Source of the DNA: an uncultured Rhodospirillales bacterium | Lineage (GTDB): Bacteria > Pseudomonadota > Alphaproteobacteria > Rhodospirillales > Casp-alpha2 | Assembly (NCBI GenBank): GCA_965602485.1 | Contig: CBFCYM010000003.1 | Coordinates: 10,205 to 74,204 of the forward strand | DNA: 64,000 bases | Direction of reading: 5' to 3' | Shown: piece after piece, positions 46,618-55,379 of the stretch | Layout: every line of letters begins with the position of its first letter | Numbering within the stretch: position 1 is the first letter of the stretch | Made by a program: the position numbers and the translations under genes | Notes under the pieces: generated by a model | The model's database searches: none | Told to the model about the DNA's origin: nothing | The model's input: only the letters and a program-made list of their open reading frames with translations

Positions 46618-46932
46618 ATGGCGAAACTGATTATTCTAAACAGCGCCGGTGAGCGCCGCGAAATTGATACGCCATGCGGCCAGTCGGTCATGCAGATCGT
46701 GCGCGATCTGGGTTATGACCTTGAGGGCGCATGCGAGGGTGCGCTGGCGTGCGCGACCTGCCACGTTATCGTCGATGCTGAGTGGTACGCAAAACTCGGT
46801 GCCGTTACGGCCGATGAGGCCGACATGCTCGACTTCGCCGACGACCTCAGTGCCACGTCGCGGCTAAGCTGCCAGATCACCATGAGCGATGAGCTGGACG
46901 GCCTGACGATTTCACTGCCAGCAACAAGCTAG
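46618..46932 (+). CDS. Adrenodoxin-type [2Fe-2S] ferredoxin
   Basis: ORF 46498..46932; the ATG at 46618 gives MAKLIILNSAGERREID. The Cys ligand pattern is GACEGALACATCHV ... SRLSCQI. Confidence 0.85.
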   Translation: MAKLIILNSAGERREIDTPCGQSVMQIVRDLGYDLEGACEGALACATCHVIVDAEWYAKLGAVTADEADMLDFADDLSATSRLSCQITMSDELDGLTISLPATS

Positions 46933-46957
46933 CAATATCCCAGACCGTCCATAATTC

Positions 46958-47467
46958 TCAGGCAGCGTTCATCAGGCCTTCAAGATTTCGCATATTTTTC
47001 AGGGTTTGTACGCAGGCCTGTGCGGACTCGACACCCTTGACCTCGAAGTGCTTGGCGAAGAATTCATGATGCTCGCCATGCTCATGGAACTGGTGTGGCG
47101 TCAGCACGGCAGAAATCACCGGCACCTCACATTCGATCTGAACCCGCATCATGGCATCGATCACCGCATTGGCGACAAACTCGTGGCGATAGATGCCCCC
47201 GTCTGTCACCAGTCCTGCGGCGACGATGACATCGTATAAGCCCGATTGAGCCAGTTTTTTGGCCAGTAGAGGGATTTCAAAACTACCGGGTACATCGAAG
47301 GTATCAATGCGTGGTTCTGTAATGTCTGATTGGCCGAGTTCAGCGCAAAATGATTGGCGACAGACATCGACGATGTGGCTGTGCCAGTTGGCCTGAATAA
47401 AGGCTATTCGGGCTGTGCTCTGGTTATTGGTCGTGGTGGTGGTGTTTTCAGTTTGGCTCTGATTCAT
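46958..47467 (-). CDS. ribH: 6,7-dimethyl-8-ribityllumazine synthase
   Basis: 169 aa. Family strings are ARIAFIQANWHSHIVD ... VPGSFEIPLLAKKLA ... VIVAAGLVTDGGIYRHEFVA. It lies directly downstream of an FMN riboswitch. Confidence 0.85.
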   Translation of the reverse strand: MNQSQTENTTTTTNNQSTARIAFIQANWHSHIVDVCRQSFCAELGQSDITEPRIDTFDVPGSFEIPLLAKKLAQSGLYDVIVAAGLVTDGGIYRHEFVANAVIDAMMRVQIECEVPVISAVLTPHQFHEHGEHHEFFAKHFEVKGVESAQACVQTLKNMRNLEGLMNAA

Positions 47468-47544
47468 GTTGGTTCCTTTCTATAAAACCAGAATCAGGGC
47501 GTCGCGAAATCAAGCAGACACGCCGCATGGCGCGCATGGCGTAA

Positions 47545-47700
47545 CGTCGCATTCTCTTCCATCCGGACTCTAACCGTCGGCCTCGGAGTTACACCGAATC
47601 TGCTGACCCTGCCAAGACGTGGCAAGCGCTCGCGGGCTGATGCATGAAATCATGCAATTACCGCCGGTGGGGAATTTCACCCCGCCCTGAGAACAATTGT
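47545..47700 (-). promoter_or_regulatory. FMN riboswitch (RFN element)
   Basis: The minus strand reads TTCTCAGGGCGGGGTGAAATTCCCCACCGGCGGTAA ... AGCCCGCGAGCG ... GGTCAGCAGATTCGGTGTAACTCCGAGGCCGACGGTTAGAGTCCGGATGGAAGAGAA. This carries the conserved RFN core segments, and the P1 stem is closed by TTCTC/GAGAA. It ends about 80 nt upstream of the ribH start. Confidence 0.92.
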
Positions 47701-47769
47701 CCCTCCAGCTCGCAGAGCCAGAACGACCAATTACCATTAGGTGGTTTTTAGAGCGCTGCCAACACGCAA

Positions 47770-48150
47770 TTACTGCGTTTCGTTGCCGCTGATGCGCAGA
47801 CGCCACATCAGGCTGACCATGGAACCCTTGATGAGCGGCAACAGGGAGAACGTCAGTGCCAGCGTCAGCGGTATCCAGATGCTCAGGTGAAACAGTTCCG
47901 AGGGGTGGTAAGTCTGTTCCAGCATCACCGCTGATGGCACGACCAGATGACCGACGATCAGGATCGTGAAGTAGGCCGGGATATCATCGGCGCGGATATG
48001 GCCGAATGCCGTCGCGCAATGCGCGCACTGATCAACCGGCTTCAGATAGGCGTAGAATAACCGGCCCTCACCACAGCACGGACAGCGCCGCATGAAGCCG
48101 CGTGCCAGCATCCTGAAAAGCGAGGTTGCGTGCTGATTTTGGTCCGTCAT
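47770..48150 (-). CDS. DUF983 zinc-ribbon membrane protein
   Basis: ORF 47770..48267; the ATG at 48150 gives MTDQNQHATSLFRMLARGFMRRCPCCGEGRLFYAYLKPVDQCAHCA (CxxC...CxxC). Two TM helices follow. Confidence 0.75.
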   Translation of the reverse strand: MTDQNQHATSLFRMLARGFMRRCPCCGEGRLFYAYLKPVDQCAHCATAFGHIRADDIPAYFTILIVGHLVVPSAVMLEQTYHPSELFHLSIWIPLTLALTFSLLPLIKGSMVSLMWRLRISGNETQ

Positions 48151-48335
48151 GTTTACTGCCTTGTGCGTGGTGGCGTCGTTGCTATGGCCCTGTTGACTAT
48201 TTCGGGTGCGCATTGTCAAGCCTGCGCCGGTTATGGCGGTATGAAATAGATGCCCTGTAAAGGCCATGGGTGCTTGGTTGATGGCGCAACAGTACCTATA
48301 TTCCCGCTAACAACACGAAATTAAGATGCAGGACA

Positions 48336-49451
48336 ATGAATTCACTTGGATTTGACAAAGACCCCGCCGATACGCGCGTGGTCGTCGCCATGTCGGGCGG
48401 CGTGGACAGTTCAGCCACTGCGGCCCTGCTGGTTGAGCAGGGCTATGACGTGGTTGGCGTGACGCTACAACTTTATGACCACGGCGAAGCCATCGCGCGG
48501 GCCAATACCTGTTGCGCGGGGCGTGACATCCACGACGCGCGCCGGGTCGCTGAATCCATCGGCATTCCCCATTACGTGCTCGATTACGAAAGCCGCTTCC
48601 GTGAAGAGGTCATGGATAGCTTTGCCGACAGTTATCTGCACGGCGAGACTCCGATCCCGTGTGTGACGTGTAATCAGACCGTGAAGTTCCGCGATCTGCT
48701 GGCGACGGCACGTGATCTGGGTGCCGAAGCCCTCGCGACGGGGCACTATATCCGGCGTGAAATGGGGCCAAACGGCGCGCAGATGCACCGTGGCATCGAT
48801 CCCGGCAAGGACCAGAGCTATTTCCTGTTTGCCACCACGCCCGAACAGCTGGATTTTCTGCGCTTCCCGCTCGGTGGCATGGAAAAGGACGAAACCCGTG
48901 CCCATGCCGAACGTCTGGGACTGTCCGTCGCGGACAAGGCCGAAAGTCAGGATATCTGCTTCGTACCCGGTGGAAATTACACCAGCGTGGTTGAACGCCT
49001 GCGCCCCGGTGCGTGTGATCCTGGCGAAATTGTTGATCTGGATGGCAACGTTCTTGGCGCGCATGACGGCATTATCGGCTTTACCGTGGGCCAACGTCGC
49101 GGATTGGGCGTTGCGGTGGGTGAACCGCTGTACGTTGTGCGCGTGGAGCCCGAAACGCGCCGCGTGGTGGTTGGTCCGCATGATGCCATTCTGATCCAGC
49201 GCATCACTATTCGTGACATAAACTGGCTGGGCGATAGCGATGGCGTGCCCGAAGCGGGGGTGCGCCTGAGCGTCAAGTTACGCTCGGTCCAGACACCGGC
49301 TATGGCCACCGTTCACGGTTTGAGTGGCGGTCGTGCCGAGGTCGCGCTTGATGAACCCGTCGCGGGCATATCGCCGGGACAGGCTTGTGTGTTCTATAGC
49401 GATGACCGGGTCATGGGCGGCGGCTGGATCATGCGTGAGCGTGACGATTAA
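48336..49451 (+). CDS. mnmA: tRNA 2-thiouridine(34) synthase
   Basis: The PP-loop is [12 protein letters not shown]. Family strings are [40 protein letters not shown] and DQSYFLF. Confidence 0.93.
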   Translation: MNSLGFDKDPADTRVVVAMSGGVDSSATAALLVEQGYDVVGVTLQLYDHGEAIARANTCCAGRDIHDARRVAESIGIPHYVLDYESRFREEVMDSFADSYLHGETPIPCVTCNQTVKFRDLLATARDLGAEALATGHYIRREMGPNGAQMHRGIDPGKDQSYFLFATTPEQLDFLRFPLGGMEKDETRAHAERLGLSVADKAESQDICFVPGGNYTSVVERLRPGACDPGEIVDLDGNVLGAHDGIIGFTVGQRRGLGVAVGEPLYVVRVEPETRRVVVGPHDAILIQRITIRDINWLGDSDGVPEAGVRLSVKLRSVQTPAMATVHGLSGGRAEVALDEPVAGISPGQACVFYSDDRVMGGGWIMRERDD

Positions 49452-49509
49452 GCCTAAACATATCTTAACCTGATGCTGTGATCGTGCTCCTCATCAGAAC
49501 ATTTCGGAT

Positions 49510-50580
49510 ATGATCGTGAAAAATCGCCAAAAAGATATCGCCATGCGGGCGTTGATGAATGAAGCCATACCCGCCTACAGCGACGGTAAGCATGAGCAGG
49601 CTCATGTTTCTGCCATTGAGGTGATGGATACCTACGTATTTGATGAGGATTTCGATGCATCCGATCAGGATGTGATCGGCATGCTACGGAAGATATTCGA
49701 AGCGGCTCATGACTATGCGCGAGCGCTTGAGGTCAATCGCCGTCAAGCCCAGCTTATAGGGATAGCGCCCTATACTCTGGGGCATGCTTATTTCCGGTGT
49801 CTGGAAGCCAGCAAGAGCGGCGCTCGGTTGGGTGATTTCGTGCCCGGGGCAACGCCGGATCAACTGGGCAAGACACTGCTTATTGCCTGTATCCCGAAGA
49901 CGGGCTCAACCTTCATGCAGGCAACGCTTGCTGCGGCAACTGGTTATGATTCGCACAAGCTGTGCCTGAGTTACGCTGATGAAGAAAACACGCTTTACCC
50001 CGGCTATATCAAGAGCATAGGGGGCAATAACAAGATTGCTCAGGAACATGTGCGCGCCAGTGCGCATAACCTTGCTGTTATCCAGGCCATGGACGCCGCT
50101 GTGGTGGTGTTGGTGCGTAACATCTTCGACAGTCTTGTCAGCATGCGCGATATGCTGGTGGGCTATGGAGGGGGGAGCGTTGTTGCCCTGTTTCAGGACA
50201 ATCTGCGCGAGCTGGATAATGAGAACCAGATGGACGCGATCATGAACAAGTGGGCGTTGTGGCAGATCGAGTTCTTTGTGTCATGGGTGCGTGCCATGCG
50301 TGCGGAACGCGTCAAGGCCCGGTTGATGACCTACGAGGAGCTTATGATCGACAAAGCTGCTGCTATTGAGGATGTCTGCTGTTGGTTCGGGCATGATGTC
50401 GAGGCAGAGAAAGCGCGCGAGGCTGTAGAGCTTATTAATGGGGATGCCATCGCTAGCCGCCTGAATGTCGGCGTGTCGGGGCGTGGGCTTGAACATATGA
50501 ACGCGCGCCAAATCGATTGGGTGCAATCGCTGACACGGTTCTATCCAGATGTAAATTTCGGACCGCTTGGACTGGATTAA
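49510..50580 (+). CDS. Sulfotransferase-motif protein with a helical N-terminal domain of about 115 aa
   Basis: The candidate 5'-PSB loop is IACIPKTGSTFM, and the candidate 3'-PB motif is VLVRNIFDSLVSMRD (compare PKxGTT and RNPxDxxVS in PAPS sulfotransferases). The start is uncertain; the in-frame ATG at 49543 is an alternative. The last 4 nt overlap the convergent ABC gene. Confidence 0.55.
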   Translation: MIVKNRQKDIAMRALMNEAIPAYSDGKHEQAHVSAIEVMDTYVFDEDFDASDQDVIGMLRKIFEAAHDYARALEVNRRQAQLIGIAPYTLGHAYFRCLEASKSGARLGDFVPGATPDQLGKTLLIACIPKTGSTFMQATLAAATGYDSHKLCLSYADEENTLYPGYIKSIGGNNKIAQEHVRASAHNLAVIQAMDAAVVVLVRNIFDSLVSMRDMLVGYGGGSVVALFQDNLRELDNENQMDAIMNKWALWQIEFFVSWVRAMRAERVKARLMTYEELMIDKAAAIEDVCCWFGHDVEAEKAREAVELINGDAIASRLNVGVSGRGLEHMNARQIDWVQSLTRFYPDVNFGPLGLD

Positions 50581-52436
50581 ATAGCGTCGGTCGTGGGTGA
50601 ACGGGTTTCAAGTTCGCCGGTGCGCTCCAATGTCTCCTGCGCCTTCGCAGCTTCCTGCTGACGCGCCCACATGGCGGCATAGGCACCCTTTTTAGCCAAT
50701 AGGTCGGTATGCTTGCCGCGTTCGCTGATTTCACCGCTTTCCAGCACAATAATCTCGTCGGCGTCGATCACTGTTGAAAGGCGGTGGGCGATGACCAGCG
50801 TTGTGCGGTTGGCTGAAAGTTCACGCAGGGAATCCTGGATTTCCTGTTCAGTATGGCTATCAAGCGCCGAGGTGGCTTCATCGAAAATCAGAATTTCGGG
50901 GTCTTTCAGGATGGTGCGCGCGATGGCGACGCGCTGCTTTTCGCCACCCGAAAGTTTCAGGCCACGCTCGCCGACCATGGACTGATAACCGTCGGGCAGG
51001 CTCATCACAAAATCATGGATGTGGGCATGGCGTGCGGCATCCTCGACCGTTGATGGCGATGCGCCGGGCTTGGCATAGGCGATGTTGTAGAACACCGTGT
51101 CGTTAAACAGCACGGTGTCCTGTGGCACCATACCGAGCGAGCCGCGCAGGCTTTTCTGGGTGACGTCGCGCACGTCCTGCCCGTCGATCAGGATCGCGCC
51201 GTCGTTGACGTCATAGAACCGGAACAGCAAGCGAGAGATTGTCGATTTACCCGATCCGCTCGGCCCCACAATGGCGACGGTATTACCCGGTGGTACGTGT
51301 AGTGAGATACCTTTCAGGACTTCACGGCGCGGATCATAGCTGAACCGCACATCGCGAAACTCTATACCACCGCCAGACACGGCCAGTGGGCCAGCATCCT
51401 CACGGTCAGCAATGGCGGGGTTTTCGTTAAGCAAGCCAAACATTTGCTCAAGATCGACCAGCGATTGTTTGATTTCACGGTATACGAAGCCGAGGAAGTT
51501 AAGCGGCATATACAGCTGGATGAGATAGGCGTTGACCAGAACGAAATCGCCCATGGTCATATTGCCGGCAACGATGTCCTGTCCGGCCATGATCATGACG
51601 AGGCTCAGTCCCACAGAGATAATCGCGCCCTGACCGATGTTGAGATAAGACAGTGAGACACCACTGCGTGTGGCGGCGTCCTCATAGGCTTGTAGCGCGA
51701 CATCAAAGCGTCGAGCTTCGTGCTCTTCGTTGGCGAAATACTTCACCGTTTCGAAGTTCAACAGGGAATCAATGGCCTTGGTGTGCGCGTTGCTGTCGGA
51801 TTCGTTCATGGCGCGGCGGTGCGCGATGCGTCGTTCGGTGATGATCAGCGTCCATGCGATGTAACCGGCAATGGTGATGAACGTCACAGCGGCGTAGCGG
51901 AAATCGTACAGCATCCACAGGATGATGCAGACCAGTATGATCTCGAAAATCGTCGGTACGACATTGAACAGGGTGAAGCGCAGCAGGAACTCTATGCCCT
52001 TGATGCCGCGTTCAATGGCGCGGCTGACCAGACCGGTCTTACGGCCCAGATGAAAGGCCAGTGACAGGTGATGCAGGTGGCGGAAGGTCTTGAGGCCCGC
52101 CAGCCGCATGGCGCGCTGCGCCACGCGCGTAAAGATCGCATCGCGCAACTCGCCAAAGGCCTGCGCCAGAATGCGTGCGACGCCATAGGCGACCAGCAGC
52201 ATGACCGGTACGGCGATGATAGCACCGGCTTCGCCGCCCAGCACATCGACGGCCTGTTTATAGAAAATCGGCACAACCACGTTGATCAGTTTGGATGCCA
52301 CCAGAAACAGCAGCGCGATGACAACGCGGGCGCGCAGGTTCCAGGCATCACGCGGCCACAGGTATGGTAGCAGGGTGCGGATGGTGCGCACATCGCTTTG
52401 CGTCGGGGACGGGGCGGAGTATTCGCGGCTTCGCAT
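50577..52436 (-). CDS. Atm1/ABCB7-type ABC exporter (fused permease-ATPase)
   Basis: 619 aa. The N-terminus is IRTLLPYLWPRDAWNLRARVVIALLFLVASKLINVVVPIFYKQAVD, and there are six TM segments. Walker A is GPSGSGKST, the signature is LSGGEKQRVAIAR, and Walker B is ILIFDEATSALD. Confidence 0.88.
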   Translation of the reverse strand: MRSREYSAPSPTQSDVRTIRTLLPYLWPRDAWNLRARVVIALLFLVASKLINVVVPIFYKQAVDVLGGEAGAIIAVPVMLLVAYGVARILAQAFGELRDAIFTRVAQRAMRLAGLKTFRHLHHLSLAFHLGRKTGLVSRAIERGIKGIEFLLRFTLFNVVPTIFEIILVCIILWMLYDFRYAAVTFITIAGYIAWTLIITERRIAHRRAMNESDSNAHTKAIDSLLNFETVKYFANEEHEARRFDVALQAYEDAATRSGVSLSYLNIGQGAIISVGLSLVMIMAGQDIVAGNMTMGDFVLVNAYLIQLYMPLNFLGFVYREIKQSLVDLEQMFGLLNENPAIADREDAGPLAVSGGGIEFRDVRFSYDPRREVLKGISLHVPPGNTVAIVGPSGSGKSTISRLLFRFYDVNDGAILIDGQDVRDVTQKSLRGSLGMVPQDTVLFNDTVFYNIAYAKPGASPSTVEDAARHAHIHDFVMSLPDGYQSMVGERGLKLSGGEKQRVAIARTILKDPEILIFDEATSALDSHTEQEIQDSLRELSANRTTLVIAHRLSTVIDADEIIVLESGEISERGKHTDLLAKKGAYAAMWARQQEAAKAQETLERTGELETRSPTTDAI

Positions 52437-52524
52437 GGGTGGATCAGGCTTTCAAATGGATGCTGCGCTGGGAAATACAGCGACATCATCAGAGATAAGC
52501 CGCTATGGCGGCGCTTTCAATGCG

Positions 52525-52872
52525 CTATTGCAAACAGTTGGCGCGCAGCGCGACGAGAAACAGCAACGGCGCGGATTTGCCGAGCAGGGCCGGATTGGCG
52601 ACCAGCCAGCGGTCGAACATGCTGGTCAGTTCCGTGGAATGCTTGCCGTTTGTGCATGCCACCACCCAGTCGGCGTTGATGTCGCCAGAATCGCTCAGCG
52701 CATTCAGGCTATCACTAACCCCGGCAATATAGAGCGTGCGCGCCGGTTCGGGCGCGGCGAGATAGGTCTCACCGGTATAGAACGTCCAGATTTGCCCGGC
52801 GCGCGCAGGTGCAGTGATGCTCACAAGCATCAACACAGCCGTTGCGTACCCCAATAGACGCCGCATGCACAT
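52525..52872 (-). CDS. Small secreted protein, possibly Rap1a/Tai4-family (T6SS amidase immunity fold)
   Basis: ORF 52525..53175, but only the last 115 aa look real. The start is the ATG at 52872 (or 52866), after GGGAGA. The signal peptide is MCMRRLLGYATAVLMLVSITAPARA. Then comes LYIAGVSDSLN ... CTNGKHSTELTSMFDRWLVANPALLGKSAPLLFLVALRANC. This resembles the (Y)IxGVxD ... C-P-x-gvT-x-xQ ... yL-x-x-nP ... AL-x-x-x-fPC pattern I associate with Rap1a/Tai family proteins. Confidence 0.4.
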   Translation of the reverse strand: MCMRRLLGYATAVLMLVSITAPARAGQIWTFYTGETYLAAPEPARTLYIAGVSDSLNALSDSGDINADWVVACTNGKHSTELTSMFDRWLVANPALLGKSAPLLFLVALRANCLQ

Positions 52873-53042
52873 ATTCTCCCTACCGCGCACCCTGCCGGAC
52901 GTGAGGAAGTTTAGCAACGCGCAAAGGTCCAGAATAGGCGTGCTGCGCCATATGGCCGTATTGCGTGGCTTTGGGCATCTTGACATGAGAACAAAAAGAG
53001 AACATATTGCATAAAACTTGATATAAGATGAAGGAGTATCCG

Positions 53043-53237
53043 ATGAAGCAGACACTGGTCGAAGTTCGTTTCCACCCGATTCGCAAAAATCTTGATCTGG
53101 CACCCATGAAAGTATTCCACACCCAGGCGCGTCCGGGCGAAAGCGCACAGCGTACCGCCGAGCGCGTGCTCGCAAAACGTTTTCCGGTGCGTGATTATCT
53201 AATTATGGATGCCGAACCCATGGTGAGTCTGCACTAA
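53043..53237 (+). CDS. Hypothetical 64-aa protein
   Basis: The ATG at 53043 sits 6 nt after a perfect AAGGAG in an AT-rich promoter-like region. The protein is MKQTLVEVRFHPIRKNLDLAPMKVFHTQARPGES.... I recognise no family. Confidence 0.5.
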   Translation: MKQTLVEVRFHPIRKNLDLAPMKVFHTQARPGESAQRTAERVLAKRFPVRDYLIMDAEPMVSLH

Positions 53238-53252
53238 GTGCGGCGCTGATGG

Positions 53253-53495
53253 TCAGTTCCAGTCTTTATAGACACCGTCATCATCTTCATCGTCGTCGTG
53301 ATCCCAGTCCTGATAATCACCGCCGCCACTGCCGCCTGTGGCCAATACAGCGCGTTCACGTTGCGCGGACTTGCGGGCGCTGCGCACCTTGGCCTTCGCT
53401 TTGACCTTGGCTTTGGCCTTGTTGTCTCGATTTGTCATGGAGCGTACACAGAGCACGAGAATGCCAAGCAAGACCAGCCCGAGAGCTATGGTCAT
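53253..53495 (-). CDS. Hypothetical small single-pass membrane protein with (KA)n and acidic tail
   Basis: ORF 53253..53543; the internal Met at 53495 begins the TM helix MTIALGLVLLGILVLCV. After it come NKAKAKVKAKAKVRSARK and the C-terminal tail DYQDWDHDDDEDDDGVYKDWN. Confidence 0.45.
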   Translation of the reverse strand: MTIALGLVLLGILVLCVRSMTNRDNKAKAKVKAKAKVRSARKSAQRERAVLATGGSGGGDYQDWDHDDDEDDDGVYKDWN

Positions 53496-53666
53496 CCAGA
53501 AGCGGTGTTCAATCCGTATATCAACGAATGATGACGTTCCCATCGACCGACGACCTTTCTGCTGGAATCCAGTGCAGTGAAGTTACGGTAACTGCCCCGA
53601 ACATGGAAAATTGGCATGCGCGGGTACGATGGTCAGAAATTATAGGATGCAGAAATTAAGAGAATG

Positions 53667-55232
53667 TTACTCCCACTCAATCGTTCCCGGCGGCTTTGAT
53701 GTACAGTCATAGACCACGCGGTTGATGCCGCGTGCTTCGTTGATGATGCGATTGGCCGTGCGGCCGAGGAACTCGTGATCGAATGGATAGTAGTCCGCCG
53801 TCATGCCGTCGGTCGACGTTACGGCGCGCAGGGCACAGACATATTCGTAGGTCCGTGCATCACCCATGACGCCAACGGTCTGGACCGGTAGAAGCACGGC
53901 AAAGGCCTGCCAGATGGCGTCGTACAATCCGGCATTGCGAATTTCTTCAAGATAGATGGTGTCGGCCTTGCGCAGGATTTCAAGTTTCTCGCGCGTGATC
54001 TCGCCGGGAATACGGATGGCCAGTCCCGGTCCGGGGAACGGGTGGCGTCCGACAAATGCTTCGGGCAGGCCCAGTTCACGCCCCAGTTCGCGGACCTCGT
54101 CCTTGAACAGTTCGCGCAGTGGCTCGACGAGGTCAAGGTTCATGCGCTCGGGCAGGCCACCAACGTTGTGATGAGACTTGATGGTGACACTTGGACCACC
54201 GGTGAATGAAACGGACTCGATGACATCAGGGTACAGCGTGCCCTGGGCGAGAAACTGCGCCCCACCAACCTTGTTGGATTCTTCTTCGAACACGTCGATA
54301 AAGGCAGCGCCGATAATCTTGCGTTTCTTTTCGGGGTCGCTGACCCCTTCAAGCTTGCCGAGGAACAGTTCGCTGGCATCAACGTGCACCAGTGTGATGT
54401 TGTAATGGTCACGGAACAGGGTGACGACCTCTTTGGACTCGCCAGCGCGCATCAGCCCCGTATCAACAAAGACGCATGTTAGTTGATCGCCGATGGCTTC
54501 GTGCAGCAGTACCGCGACAACCGATGAGTCGACACCACCTGATAGTCCACAGATCACCTTGCCGTCGCCGACCTGTGCACGAACGCGTGCGATTTCTTCG
54601 GCGCGGAAGGCCGCCATGGTCCACGATCCACCGCAACCACAAATCTTGTGGGTGAAGTTCGACAGCAGCTTTGCGCCGTGCGGCGTGTGGGCGACCTCGG
54701 GATGGAACTGCACGGCGTAGAGGCCGCGCTCGTCATTGGCAATGGCGGCAAACGGCGCGTTATCTGACACCGCAACCGGGCGGAAGCCCTCGGGGATAAC
54801 GTCAACGCGGTCGCCGTGGCTCATCCAGACCTGCTCTCGGTCATCGACGGACCAGACACCGTCGAACAGTGCGCAGGTATCGATCACATTAACGAAGGCC
54901 CGACCGAATTCGCGGTGATCAGACAGTGTGACCTTGCCGCCCAACTGTTCAACCATGGTTTGCTCGCCGTAACAGATGCCCAGAATGGGCAGGCCCATAT
55001 CAAACAGGTCCTGTGGTGCGCGCGGGGTATCAGCTTCGGTGACCGAGGATGGGCCACCCGATAAAATAACGCCCTTGGGATCAAACGCCCTGATGGAGTC
55101 TGCATCAACCTGATTAAAGGGGTGGATTTCACAGTAGACGCCGGACTCACGCACCCTGCGCGCAATCAGCTGGGTAACCTGAGAGCCAAAATCAATAATA
55201 AGGATGCGGTCGGTGGTGAGTTTGTCGCTCAT
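53667..55232 (-). CDS. guaA: GMP synthase (glutamine-hydrolysing)
   Basis: 521 aa. The GATase domain has [20 protein letters not shown] and ILGICYGEQ. The PP-loop is [10 protein letters not shown], and the C-terminal end PPGTIEWE is typical. Confidence 0.95.
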   Translation of the reverse strand: MSDKLTTDRILIIDFGSQVTQLIARRVRESGVYCEIHPFNQVDADSIRAFDPKGVILSGGPSSVTEADTPRAPQDLFDMGLPILGICYGEQTMVEQLGGKVTLSDHREFGRAFVNVIDTCALFDGVWSVDDREQVWMSHGDRVDVIPEGFRPVAVSDNAPFAAIANDERGLYAVQFHPEVAHTPHGAKLLSNFTHKICGCGGSWTMAAFRAEEIARVRAQVGDGKVICGLSGGVDSSVVAVLLHEAIGDQLTCVFVDTGLMRAGESKEVVTLFRDHYNITLVHVDASELFLGKLEGVSDPEKKRKIIGAAFIDVFEEESNKVGGAQFLAQGTLYPDVIESVSFTGGPSVTIKSHHNVGGLPERMNLDLVEPLRELFKDEVRELGRELGLPEAFVGRHPFPGPGLAIRIPGEITREKLEILRKADTIYLEEIRNAGLYDAIWQAFAVLLPVQTVGVMGDARTYEYVCALRAVTSTDGMTADYYPFDHEFLGRTANRIINEARGINRVVYDCTSKPPGTIEWE

Positions 55233-55379
55233 GGAAATTCCTGCGTCAGTACGTGAATAAGCCCCGGTTTATATAAATCAGAGGGCGGCCATGTCTCGGA
55301 AAATCAGCTTTCGAGGCGGTCACGCTCTTCGGGGAGTGCGAGAGTACAATACGCCCCGCCGTGCCACCAGCGGATTTCG

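Noticed and set aside
47570-47806. The 78-aa minus-strand ORF between DUF983 and ribH.
   Set aside because: It coincides with the FMN riboswitch aptamer, so the conserved RNA explains the sequence.
52873-53175. The upstream 101 codons of ORF 52525..53175.
   Set aside because: The translation is Arg/Cys/Pro-rich junk that crosses an AT-rich promoter-like region. A proper signal peptide and Shine-Dalgarno sequence occur at 52872.
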